A stretch of 64,000 bases of DNA from Glycera tridactyla (taxonomy: Eukaryota), in NCBI GenBank assembly GCA_965644265.1, contig OZ286468.1, positions 27,714,001 to 27,778,000 on the forward strand. Reading direction: 5' to 3'. The notes below the pieces were generated by a model that did not search any database, was not told where the DNA came from, and worked only from the letters and a program-made list of their open reading frames with translations. Each line of letters opens with the position of its first letter. Within the stretch, counting starts at the first letter, position 1. Shown piece by piece: positions 12,018-21,687 of the stretch. A program made the translations under genes and the position numbers.

Positions 12018-14565
12018 GTTCTTAAACAGGAACCGCCACCTAGTGGACAACGTTGCACGAATGGGAAGCGGAATACTCACACTATACAATAAACAGCTGA
12101 CAATTTCTCGACGAGAGCTCACATTCATTCGAAAAAATGACTTAAACAGTGAAAGATCGGCATGATTCTCCTTCCGGTTGTGCAACCAGCGAAAGGTAGG
12201 TCACCGGAAGTGACGTCGTGCTAGGATATTAGGAAGTTCTTACGCTATGCGAAAATACATGGGGAAAGCTTGATGAGTCTAGACATCGTGTACGAAAAAC
12301 AATTCTGACGAAGTCAATTCGGAAGATAGATTCGTCAAACTTACCATGTTTATGCAGAACGTCTTTGCAAATGGGGGGTATTAATGGATTCATATTTAGG
12401 ATCGTATTTCTCCCACAACACAAGGGTAACTGGCGAAGATTCTCTCAAAACCGGCGAAACTCTGCTTGACGCAGATTGAGGGCTACGCTTGCACATTTGA
12501 GCAGGAGAATACACGACTCACATGTCAAGACCCACTATACGAAGGATATTGATGGTGACACAGTCATCACTCAAGTGTTCCTTGTATCGTTCGTCCACTC
12601 TGAGCAGCTGAGCAAGGTTTAATCCAGGAAAATACAACTGCAAAGTACGTCTTCGGCACTAGACGCCTTTGTAGAGAGTGACAGATCCTCGGTCAGACAA
12701 TGTCTGCTTCAGTGCTCCTTGGGGGTAGTTCGTTAGAAGCAGGCCTTTTTCCGTCGGAGACGGTACTATTTTCAGTTTTGGACTCACACTTATTCTAGAC
12801 AATACTAGCGTCCATTTCATGGAGCTTTTTGACTACGTTCAACTCATACACTTAGGGGGCAACCATTTGTAAATGGCTGGTATATAATCATCAGAATTAA
12901 ACCATAACTGCATGAAAAATAAACGAATCGTATGAAAAACATTCGTTATTGCGTGAAACACTGCTAAATTTGGTTATTGTGGATGCCTGACTGCGTGAGA
13001 ACATTGAGAATGAAAGATATTTTATGAGAAGCGACACACAGTGGTCAAAGATGGCACCATTACTGGGGACACCCGTCATGACAGCGTGGCGTGTTTTCAC
13101 AGTTGTACCGAAAAATTTGCTGATTCGCCGGGTAACCACGGTTAGAATCGGCGGTTCGCTCTTTGATCATGTCACCCGATTGCTAAAACTATAAACGTGG
13201 TATGCAGATTCCTGAAAGGCTGGCAAACATGGCGCGCATGAAAGAAGCTGCCACTCACTCGATTTACACATGGATTATATCTTAGTAGAGTAAATTATGA
13301 CCAATCTATGGCGAAAGGCGCGGCTAATGACGAACTTTTTGCGAAGGCGTTAGTTTCCGGTGGAATATGGCCATAACGGCAATAGACAAATCCATGGGCG
13401 GCTGGCTCATGACAAGCACCTGGACGGCCGCTTCCCCAGATTCCTGAAGGAGGGCTTGTCACTACCCCCCCCCCCACCCGTTGTAAATCGACGACCAGTC
13501 TTCTTTTTGAAGATATTTCTTGTTAAAGCTTAAAGACATTTCTTGTTAAGACTTTTGTGGTATCGAGGCCTTCGGTCACTACCGTCTGTGGACTATGTGC
13601 TTGTCATATTAGTTCCAACGTGTGTAGATGTATATGCACTTTGGTACTAGGCTGGGTTAAATTTCGCTTGTCTTATACCAAAGCTGTCAAGCATCAGTTG
13701 GCACTAGCAGAGGGGACTACAAATCCTGCCCTCATGAATGATAGTTAGGTCCATCTGTTCAGCTGCTGAGAAACTACAAGTGCCGGAAGCTGGGGACTTA
13801 CTGAGTGATTTCGGCAATGTGCGGTCAGCTAGAATGTACCCTATATGGTGCATCTCACGATTTTGTTTGTTACCTGATGCAATAGGTGATATGGGCCAGT
13901 GATATATGATTCGGTAGGGCAAGGGCCCATGGTAGGTCCCAATCAGGGCATATGCGGCCTTCCTGGTAATGATGGTTCTGTGCGTGCGTAAATCGGATAT
14001 CTAGCATCGTTTGTAGCTCATAGGCTGCGCTCGCTAGCAGGAGTTGGTCGTCCACACAAGTAGGCGTGCCAAGGTATATATTGCCGATTGATGCCCCATT
14101 AGGGCCTGATGGATGACTATAGATTTGATTCTAAATAAGGTTTTTATATGGAAATATAAATACCTCAGTTGGCAAATGTTTCTGAAACACTGACAAACCT
14201 TTGAATAAATCAACAAATGAGCAGAAATTTCACTAAAACAAGCTAGGAATCTGTAACTAGGCTTGTTAAACAGGGCACATCGTGGGGGATACATAAATGT
14301 ATCATCTGTGTGAGTCTAACCTGAATCTGTGCCATGCAATCAAAAAATGAATATGGGAGGAATCATTTTACAGATATGACTTTGTCAGATATGCCGTCTG
14401 CAGATCGGTGTCTATTTCAAAGGTTGGTGTCGAATATCGGTGTCAATTTCGGAAGCGTCACGCTTGACTGCTGCCTCCTTCACTATGTGAAAGATAACAG
14501 TATATACGTAAGAGCAAACGAGCGTTAAGGATGGACAGGCAGATCGCACGAGTTTGCGGGTGTAG

Positions 14566-14905
14566 AAATCCGAAATTGATAATTCAATTTCATTTTTTGC
14601 GAAGGATTGAAGGACACAGGCCTACCGAACCCTAGCGGTGGTTCATGGTACTAACACGTTCGGTGGGCTCATTATTATTATTAGCAGTTAATTCATGCAT
14701 ATTCATATCATAATAAATAATAATTAATTATTCTTCTTCGTGTATTGCATTTATCATATGACTGTATTCCTTGAACTTTGTTATTAACCTATTGAATTTT
14801 ATTTGCAGAATTGTCTTGTCGTATGTCAGTTTCGATTACGTAATGTTTTCCTATATAAGCGGTCACAGAACGAACATCGTCCGCATTGTCACTTCGCCTC
14901 TGAGA
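14566..14905 (+). repeat. Split direct repeat A1 (340 bp)
   Basis: Matches 20777-21116; I see one mismatch (14639 T vs 20850 C). Confidence 0.93.
14852..14858 (+). promoter_or_regulatory. Candidate TATA box of the YR retrotransposon
   Basis: TATATAA near the 3' end of A1, about 50 nt before a GTAAGT donor at 14906. Confidence 0.5.
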
Positions 14906-14943
14906 GTAAGTGTATCTTTCTCGTTAGTATATCCATTTCAAAC

Positions 14944-15753
14944 ATGCCTGGTAGACGGAAATATACTCCTAAACTACCATTTGTACCTATAGTATCATGT
15001 ATCGGTTCTAAACCAAAAGTTGTGGTATTGGGCCACTCATTCACTAGACGAGTTCGAGACTTTCTGAAAACTCAAATATTGGAACAAGGATACCAACCTT
15101 TAGTTGATAATGCATCCAGGAAAGAAGGTAATGTCATTTCTGAACTCATGCATTTGGATGACAGATACAATGAAGTTGTATTTCGTTCATGCAATTTCTT
15201 GCTCAAATATGCTAATGATCAGGACATCGAAGATGAAGTTTTAGCAATTGCAGCTCTCGCACCTCAAGTTGTCCTCCTAAATCTAGGTTCTAATGATTTA
15301 TCTAAAACTGCTAACAATCCAACGGATGTTGCTCAATACTTGTTTGACTTAGGATCAATACTAAGGAATGAACATGGCGTCAAGACGGTCGGTTTCTTGT
15401 CTGTATTAAACAGAACTGTCGGACCACGTGACTTTGCCTGGAGGGCTGCTCTTTTTAATAGCAAAATGCAACAGTTATGTGGTGATTCGTTCTCTTCAGT
15501 ATTCTTTCGAGTTCGAGGGTTTAGGTACAACCATTTGGGTTTGAAACTCAAGGTCAGTGATTGGTCTTCGGATGGAATTCATCCAACACCTGGTTCTCGG
15601 TATTTTTTCAAATTCCTATACGAAATGAGAGCTGCACTTATTGCTCTTCTTCCTAATCTTGGTCAGATATGTGTGGATGAATACAGATACCGCCATGGGC
15701 TCAGTCCTCGTAGAAGTAGCCCTTTTCCGTCATGTGAATTTAATTCTTACTGA
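14944..15753 (+). CDS. SGNH/GDSL hydrolase (esterase) of the retrotransposon, about 269 aa from the first ATG
   Basis: Block I VVVLGHSF, block III LNLGSNDL, block V SDGIHP. The open frame starts at 14803 with a non-ATG codon; the first ATG is at 14944. Confidence 0.85.
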   Translation: MPGRRKYTPKLPFVPIVSCIGSKPKVVVLGHSFTRRVRDFLKTQILEQGYQPLVDNASRKEGNVISELMHLDDRYNEVVFRSCNFLLKYANDQDIEDEVLAIAALAPQVVLLNLGSNDLSKTANNPTDVAQYLFDLGSILRNEHGVKTVGFLSVLNRTVGPRDFAWRAALFNSKMQQLCGDSFSSVFFRVRGFRYNHLGLKLKVSDWSSDGIHPTPGSRYFFKFLYEMRAALIALLPNLGQICVDEYRYRHGLSPRRSSPFPSCEFNSY

Positions 15754-15883
15754 AGTGACAATGCGTAGCACATGACGGATTAGGGGGGGGGGGGCGGGAG
15801 TGAGAGTTGTGAATTATTATATTTATTTATTATATTTTTTATAACATTTTCTTTAATATGTTACAATAGCTTGACAAGTCATC

Positions 15884-17740
15884 ATGCCGCCAAAACGTAA
15901 AAATCCTGAGAATGAATCTCAGGTTTGTCCGTCAAAGAAGTGTCCACGTGAAGACGAAATGAAAAATGCTGATTTCTGTGTACCTACCCAAGATGAATAT
16001 GACAATATAGCCAGTGCCACTCAATTCATGCACAATTCAGCCAATTCATGGGATTACAGCAACATTCTGACGCCTAGTCAGAGCAATATTCCTTCTTCAC
16101 AAATTGCATTTACCCCGGTGGCTAACCGAAGCAATTTCAATAACTCTTTTTTATTTCAATCACAGGATGAAATTAACTCTGCACAACCACCTCAGCCAAT
16201 TGTATCATTGCCATTTTCGCAATTATCAGATCAGCAATTGACACAGACGGGTCTACCGTCACATTTGATAAGACTGAAAAAACATGCTGCTAATGCTATT
16301 TCAGCGAGACAATCATTATCACATTCCTTAGGTCAACCTCTACTTAATACTACGTCTACAAGCAGCTACTCTTCTAATAATAATGTTTCTTTTCCGGTGA
16401 GTTCGGCAGATACTACGAAAATTCGTTCCATGCCTTCTGCTACTGCTTCATCGTCTACAGCCGGACCAGGAGCTATTAACCAGAGTTCGTCTGCAAGTAA
16501 AATCGGGGATTCAGTTCCTGCGACCTTCAACGTTGTCATGTCTCAGATGCTAGACACAATGAAAGATATGTCAGCATCTTTCGTAGACCTAAAGAAGACG
16601 ATGGCGGATTACATGGATACCAATAGACGAACTACAGCGCCACAACAAAGCACAACAGGTAGGAACTCTTCCAATGCTAATTTGAATTCAAACATTAACA
16701 TGAATAGCACGAATTCGGGAGTGCATAATTCATCTCAGCAACAAGGACATTCTTTTCATAATGCTAATAGCTCTGGTCAGTCTTTCTTAGCTATGCATTC
16801 AGCGTATCCTGTTTTCCAACAATCATTGGTTTCAGCAGTTAATGCTAACAGAGCTGTTACTGGAGGTGACCTTTCACAGTCGTTCATTTCACAATACACG
16901 CCTACGAACAATCAGACACAATCTACTGCCTCTTCTAGTCAATTTCAACCTGCTATGCCTGACATGACCATGTACCAAGGAAGGGTGACGGGTAACCCTT
17001 TGGGTGCTTCTGGTTCTCAGAATCTTAGATGTGTCTTAGCTGCTGGCTTGCCGGCAGGTTTCAAAGTTAATATGGAAATGAAAGTTAAAATATGGTTAGA
17101 TCAATACATCAATCTTGCCGACTTGAATTTTCCAGAAAAAATTACGCCTAACAATTTTATTGTTGATGGAAAGTCTGGGAAATTTGTCCCAGAAAAGAAG
17201 AAGCGTTTCATCAATAGTATTACTGATTGGGACAAAGCATTCACAACCTTTGCTTCAGTTTACGCTATGCATCCTTTCAAACCGCTAGACTTGATAAAGT
17301 CAGAAACTATTGACTTGTATACATACAGTGCTGAAATAAAAGAGATCGCAGCTAAAGGAGGAGACTATAAGTATTATGATGAGCAATTCCGATTGGAACG
17401 ATCTTTCATGGACCATCCGTATCCATGGAATACGCTACACGTTCAATTTCATAATCGGGCTTCTCGTTCTGCAATGTATCCTAATGGGCCGTCTGGGCCT
17501 ACCAATAACAATCATAACAAAACCTTTAACAATCAACAAGGCATGCCGCCTGGGTTTTGCTTTACTTTTCAAACCCAAGGGAAAAGATGTCAAGTAAATA
17601 ATTGTCCATACAAGCACTTATGCCCTACTTGTAATGGACGTCACCCTTTGTTTATGTGTTACAGAAACAACGGTCAATCTAACACCAAGGGATCCCAGGC
17701 TGCTAAGAGTACATTCCCCAGTAAGACCGGAGAAACTTAA
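15884..17740 (+). CDS. Gag-like protein (618 aa)
   Basis: Long S/N/Q-rich N-terminus, a DIRS-gag-like central region (KIWLDQYINLADL...ITDWDKAFTTFASVY...YDEQFR) and a C-terminal Cys/His cluster FCF...CQVNNCPYKHLCPTCNGRHPLFMC. Confidence 0.85.
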   Translation: MPPKRKNPENESQVCPSKKCPREDEMKNADFCVPTQDEYDNIASATQFMHNSANSWDYSNILTPSQSNIPSSQIAFTPVANRSNFNNSFLFQSQDEINSAQPPQPIVSLPFSQLSDQQLTQTGLPSHLIRLKKHAANAISARQSLSHSLGQPLLNTTSTSSYSSNNNVSFPVSSADTTKIRSMPSATASSSTAGPGAINQSSSASKIGDSVPATFNVVMSQMLDTMKDMSASFVDLKKTMADYMDTNRRTTAPQQSTTGRNSSNANLNSNINMNSTNSGVHNSSQQQGHSFHNANSSGQSFLAMHSAYPVFQQSLVSAVNANRAVTGGDLSQSFISQYTPTNNQTQSTASSSQFQPAMPDMTMYQGRVTGNPLGASGSQNLRCVLAAGLPAGFKVNMEMKVKIWLDQYINLADLNFPEKITPNNFIVDGKSGKFVPEKKKRFINSITDWDKAFTTFASVYAMHPFKPLDLIKSETIDLYTYSAEIKEIAAKGGDYKYYDEQFRLERSFMDHPYPWNTLHVQFHNRASRSAMYPNGPSGPTNNNHNKTFNNQQGMPPGFCFTFQTQGKRCQVNNCPYKHLCPTCNGRHPLFMCYRNNGQSNTKGSQAAKSTFPSKTGET

Positions 17741-19286
17741 TATATGGTTGGAAGGTTATCCTAGCGAGGAAAAGCAATATATTATTCAAGGTTTCGAGAA
17801 AGGTTTCGATATTGGATTCAAAGGCATTTCCCCTGCTTTTCGTGCCAAGAATTCTGATTCAGTCAAAAAATTCCCTTTGGCTACTAAAAAGCTGCTGCAT
17901 GATGAAATTGAATTGAACCGTATTATTGGTCCTTTTCAGGATCCTCCTTACGCAAATATACAGACATCTCCTATAGCAGTCATCCCGAAGAAAGAGCCAG
18001 GGAAATATCGTATGCTTCACAACCTTTCTGCTCCTTACGATTCCAATTCCATCAATTGGCATATTCCGGATTCTGAGGCTTCTGTTTCTTACGTTTCAGC
18101 TCAAAAAGTACTAGATTTTATCATTACATTAGGTAACCAAGCTTTTTTAGCTAAAGCTGATATAAAATCTGCCTTTAGAATTGTACCTGTTTCGCCTGAT
18201 CAATATCATCTCATGGGCATGAGATTTCAAAATCAATACTATATCAGTACTTGCCTTGCTATGGGCGCTAGATCTTCGTGTAAAATTTTCGAAAGATTTT
18301 CGTCTGCATTAGATTGGATCTGTGTTAATAAGTTACATATACCCATGGTCGCACATATGATTGACGACTTCTGCTTCGCAGCTCCTAATAAACGAACTTG
18401 TGATTTATATATGGCAAGATTTAAAAATATGTGTGAAGACGTAGGTGTTCCTCTTTGCCCCAAAAAGACAGTTTCGGCTACACAACAACTTTCCTTCCTG
18501 GGAGTTGAAATCGACGTCAGAAACATGCAAGCTAGGCTACCTCGAGAGAAATTGATCAAATACAAAACTCAAATTTTACAAGTCTTAGATAATGGAAAAT
18601 GTTCATTATCTGACATGCGTTCATTAATAGGTCGTTTAATGTGGGCTTCCACATTGATCTCAGTTGGAAGATCTTTTATTCGTGGTCTTATTGACACTAC
18701 TCGTGGTCTTATTAATCCAGCTCGTTTGATCAGTTTCACAGACAATCTCAAACATGACCTTATTATGTGGGTTCAGTTTCTGGATCAGTATAACGGTATC
18801 GCTTTCTTAGATGACCGATCAATAGCCTGCTCGGAGCCTATTCATATATATACGGATGCCTGCAAGACTGGTGCTGCCATTGTATGCGGTCGCTTTTGGA
18901 TCTGTTTCAAGTATAATGAAGTTTGGGGTTCAAAGAACATTGCCTTACTTGAAATTTACCCTGTTTATGTAGCTTTGAAGTTATGTAAACCCATTCTCAA
19001 GAATGCTCTTGTTCATTTCCATGTTGACAACATGGCTGTTGTTGACATTTTAAATGCGAGGTCATGTCGGGATCCTACTATTATGAAGGTCATGAGATCA
19101 ATTGCGTTGGTTGTCCTTCATGCTAATATCAAATTCAAAGCATTTCATGTTCCAGGTATCGATAACTTTATTGCAGATGGTTTATCACGTTATTCTGTTT
19201 CACAGGTTCAGTTGAAATCGTGGGGTTTGACACCGAACCCAATGACTTTACCGGTCGAACTAGACCCAGTCAATTACCTGTTGTGA
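17634..19286 (+). CDS. Reverse transcriptase / RNase H (550 aa)
   Basis: RT motifs IPKKEPGKYRMLHNLS, KADIKSAFR, LAMGARSSCKIF and HMIDDF. RNase H motifs YTDACK, LLEIYP, VDNMAVV and HVPGIDNFIADGLSR. Overlaps gag in another frame. Confidence 0.95.
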   Translation: MDVTLCLCVTETTVNLTPRDPRLLRVHSPVRPEKLNIWLEGYPSEEKQYIIQGFEKGFDIGFKGISPAFRAKNSDSVKKFPLATKKLLHDEIELNRIIGPFQDPPYANIQTSPIAVIPKKEPGKYRMLHNLSAPYDSNSINWHIPDSEASVSYVSAQKVLDFIITLGNQAFLAKADIKSAFRIVPVSPDQYHLMGMRFQNQYYISTCLAMGARSSCKIFERFSSALDWICVNKLHIPMVAHMIDDFCFAAPNKRTCDLYMARFKNMCEDVGVPLCPKKTVSATQQLSFLGVEIDVRNMQARLPREKLIKYKTQILQVLDNGKCSLSDMRSLIGRLMWASTLISVGRSFIRGLIDTTRGLINPARLISFTDNLKHDLIMWVQFLDQYNGIAFLDDRSIACSEPIHIYTDACKTGAAIVCGRFWICFKYNEVWGSKNIALLEIYPVYVALKLCKPILKNALVHFHVDNMAVVDILNARSCRDPTIMKVMRSIALVVLHANIKFKAFHVPGIDNFIADGLSRYSVSQVQLKSWGLTPNPMTLPVELDPVNYLL

Positions 19287-20183
19287 TGAGATGGCTTATG
19301 CTTCAAAGCCTAGCTCCTGCGTCACGGTCTGCTTACTGCAGAGCATGGAATGAATTTAGTGAGTTCAAAAGTTCTAATTTTTTTCCTCTTACTTCAGAAA
19401 CTATAGGATTTTATATCACGCACCTTTATCTTTTGGGATATAAACATAGTACTATCAGTTCGAGATTGTCAGCTATAACCTTTTTTTCTCATTCTTGAAG
19501 GTCAAAAGGAGTTATGTAATTCCAACTTGATAAAGCGACTCATAGCTAGCATAATAAAGATCACCAAGGCTCCGGATAGCAAAGCAGCCATTGACGCACA
19601 AAAAGTCAAACAGCTAGTTGAAGCTATTCGTGACTTCCAATGGTCACGTCATGAAAAGTGTTTATTTCAAACCATGTTTGTCTGGGCTTATGCTTTAGCC
19701 ATGCGTATTTCTGAATATGCGTATAATGGCAAAGTGGAACATTATCTTAAACTTGACGATTTTTCATGGTGTACTGATGCTTCGGGTTCAATAGCATTCA
19801 AAGTAGACTTCAAGTCTTTTAAGTTTGCAAATGGTCCTTGTTCACTCATTATAAAAGCTGAATCCAGCCCTGAAATATGTCCTGTTAAATACATGCTGCG
19901 CTACCTGAAAGTTCGAGGAAACCAACCGGGACCATTGTTTGTCTGCAAAGGTAGACCTGTATCATACGATTCTGTTAATAATCTCATCAAGAAACTGGTG
20001 AAACTGCTCAAATGGCCAATCAATAGAACCACTTACACTTCTCACGGTTTCCGTATTGGACGATGTACTGATTGGGCTAAAGAAGGCTGTTCAGTCTCTG
20101 ATATTCAGAGACGTGGGCGTTGGAAATCTGATGCATTTTTAGCATATATCAGACCTGATTGTTGGATCTTGAACCCTCAGTAA
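19286..20183 (+). pseudogene. Tyrosine recombinase, split by one +1 frameshift in a T7 run (19481-19487)
   Basis: N-terminal SLAPASRSAYCRAW. Catalytic AMRISEY, SHGFRIG and GRWKSDAFLAY. Removing one T gives a continuous 298-aa frame (…AITFFLILEGQKELCNSNLIKRL…). Confidence 0.9.
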
Positions 20184-20239
20184 AGGTTCATGCTTGAACC
20201 TTACCTACGATGTGGGCCTTACAGGTTCTCTTCGATCTG

Positions 20240-20780
20240 TGGGGGCTGAAGGCCTATTGCCACATCTTCTGGATTGTATACTGATCATCAATTATGTATC
20301 ATTAATAAATCAATTTTTAGCAATATGAAATATATGAAATGTTTTCTCAGGTTTGTCTAAAACCATATGTTTGTTGCAAAAATTCAATTTGTCAAAGCAA
20401 TGCCTAATTGCGAATTTTTGAAAAATATTTTCAAAAATTAGTTTCACAACGTCTAGTTGTATTCTTTGCTATCGATGCCTATATCCGTATATTACACACC
20501 TTGAACCAATTATATGATGCTCAGACACGACTAGTGTCATATCACATCGATTCATCTATTATATAATGTTTCGTCCAGGGATTTGTTCAAGAGTATTCAC
20601 TATGAATAATTGTTGTCGTTTAGTTTACACGACCGATACTCTTGAACACATATTTGTCAAAAAAAATACCAGAACATGCAATGTCAAAAACAATCTGTGT
20701 CTTGTGTTATGATTATATCATTTAAGCTCAACAGGATTCACCCTTGACATTAGTTTTGGAAATTCGGACAAAGCAAAAAT
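20240..20780 (+). repeat. Split direct repeat B1 (541 bp)
   Basis: Appears identical to 21147-21687 and contains AATAAA at about 20304. Confidence 0.93.
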
Positions 20781-21116
20781 CCGAAATTGATAATTCAATT
20801 TCATTTTTTGCGAAGGATTGAAGGACACAGGCCTACCGAACCCTAGCGGCGGTTCATGGTACTAACACGTTCGGTGGGCTCATTATTATTATTAGCAGTT
20901 AATTCATGCATATTCATATCATAATAAATAATAATTAATTATTCTTCTTCGTGTATTGCATTTATCATATGACTGTATTCCTTGAACTTTGTTATTAACC
21001 TATTGAATTTTATTTGCAGAATTGTCTTGTCGTATGTCAGTTTCGATTACGTAATGTTTTCCTATATAAGCGGTCACAGAACGAACATCGTCCGCATTGT
21101 CACTTCGCCTCTGAGA
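20777..21116 (+). repeat. Split direct repeat A2
   Basis: Copy of A1, overlapping B1 by AAAT. Confidence 0.93.
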
Positions 21117-21146
21117 CCCACCACCATCCCCGTCTCCACCGTACTT

Positions 21147-21687
21147 TGGGGGCTGAAGGCCTATTGCCACATCTTCTGGATTGTATACTGATCATCAATT
21201 ATGTATCATTAATAAATCAATTTTTAGCAATATGAAATATATGAAATGTTTTCTCAGGTTTGTCTAAAACCATATGTTTGTTGCAAAAATTCAATTTGTC
21301 AAAGCAATGCCTAATTGCGAATTTTTGAAAAATATTTTCAAAAATTAGTTTCACAACGTCTAGTTGTATTCTTTGCTATCGATGCCTATATCCGTATATT
21401 ACACACCTTGAACCAATTATATGATGCTCAGACACGACTAGTGTCATATCACATCGATTCATCTATTATATAATGTTTCGTCCAGGGATTTGTTCAAGAG
21501 TATTCACTATGAATAATTGTTGTCGTTTAGTTTACACGACCGATACTCTTGAACACATATTTGTCAAAAAAAATACCAGAACATGCAATGTCAAAAACAA
21601 TCTGTGTCTTGTGTTATGATTATATCATTTAAGCTCAACAGGATTCACCCTTGACATTAGTTTTGGAAATTCGGACAAAGCAAAAAT
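21147..21687 (+). repeat. Split direct repeat B2
   Basis: Copy of B1; forms the 3' terminus and ends in AAAT. Confidence 0.93.

Larger units (their letters stand above)
14566..21687 (+). mobile_element. Tyrosine-recombinase retrotransposon (DIRS order, Ngaro/PAT-type split direct repeats), 7122 bp
   Basis: A1(14566-14905)...B1(20240-20780)A2(20777-21116)-30 bp-B2(21147-21687). ORFs for SGNH, gag, RT/RNaseH and YR. No methyltransferase domain recognised and no TSD. Confidence 0.95.

Noticed and set aside
11631-12185. 184-aa minus-strand ORF
   Set aside because: Runs from flanking DNA through the antisense LTR across the insertion junction, so it is coincidental.
17634-17665. Strong-looking acceptor (gtgttacAG at 17664) at the start of the RT ORF
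   Set aside because: The candidate gag donors I checked (15923, 16397) are phase 0 and do not join in frame, so RT splicing is not claimed.
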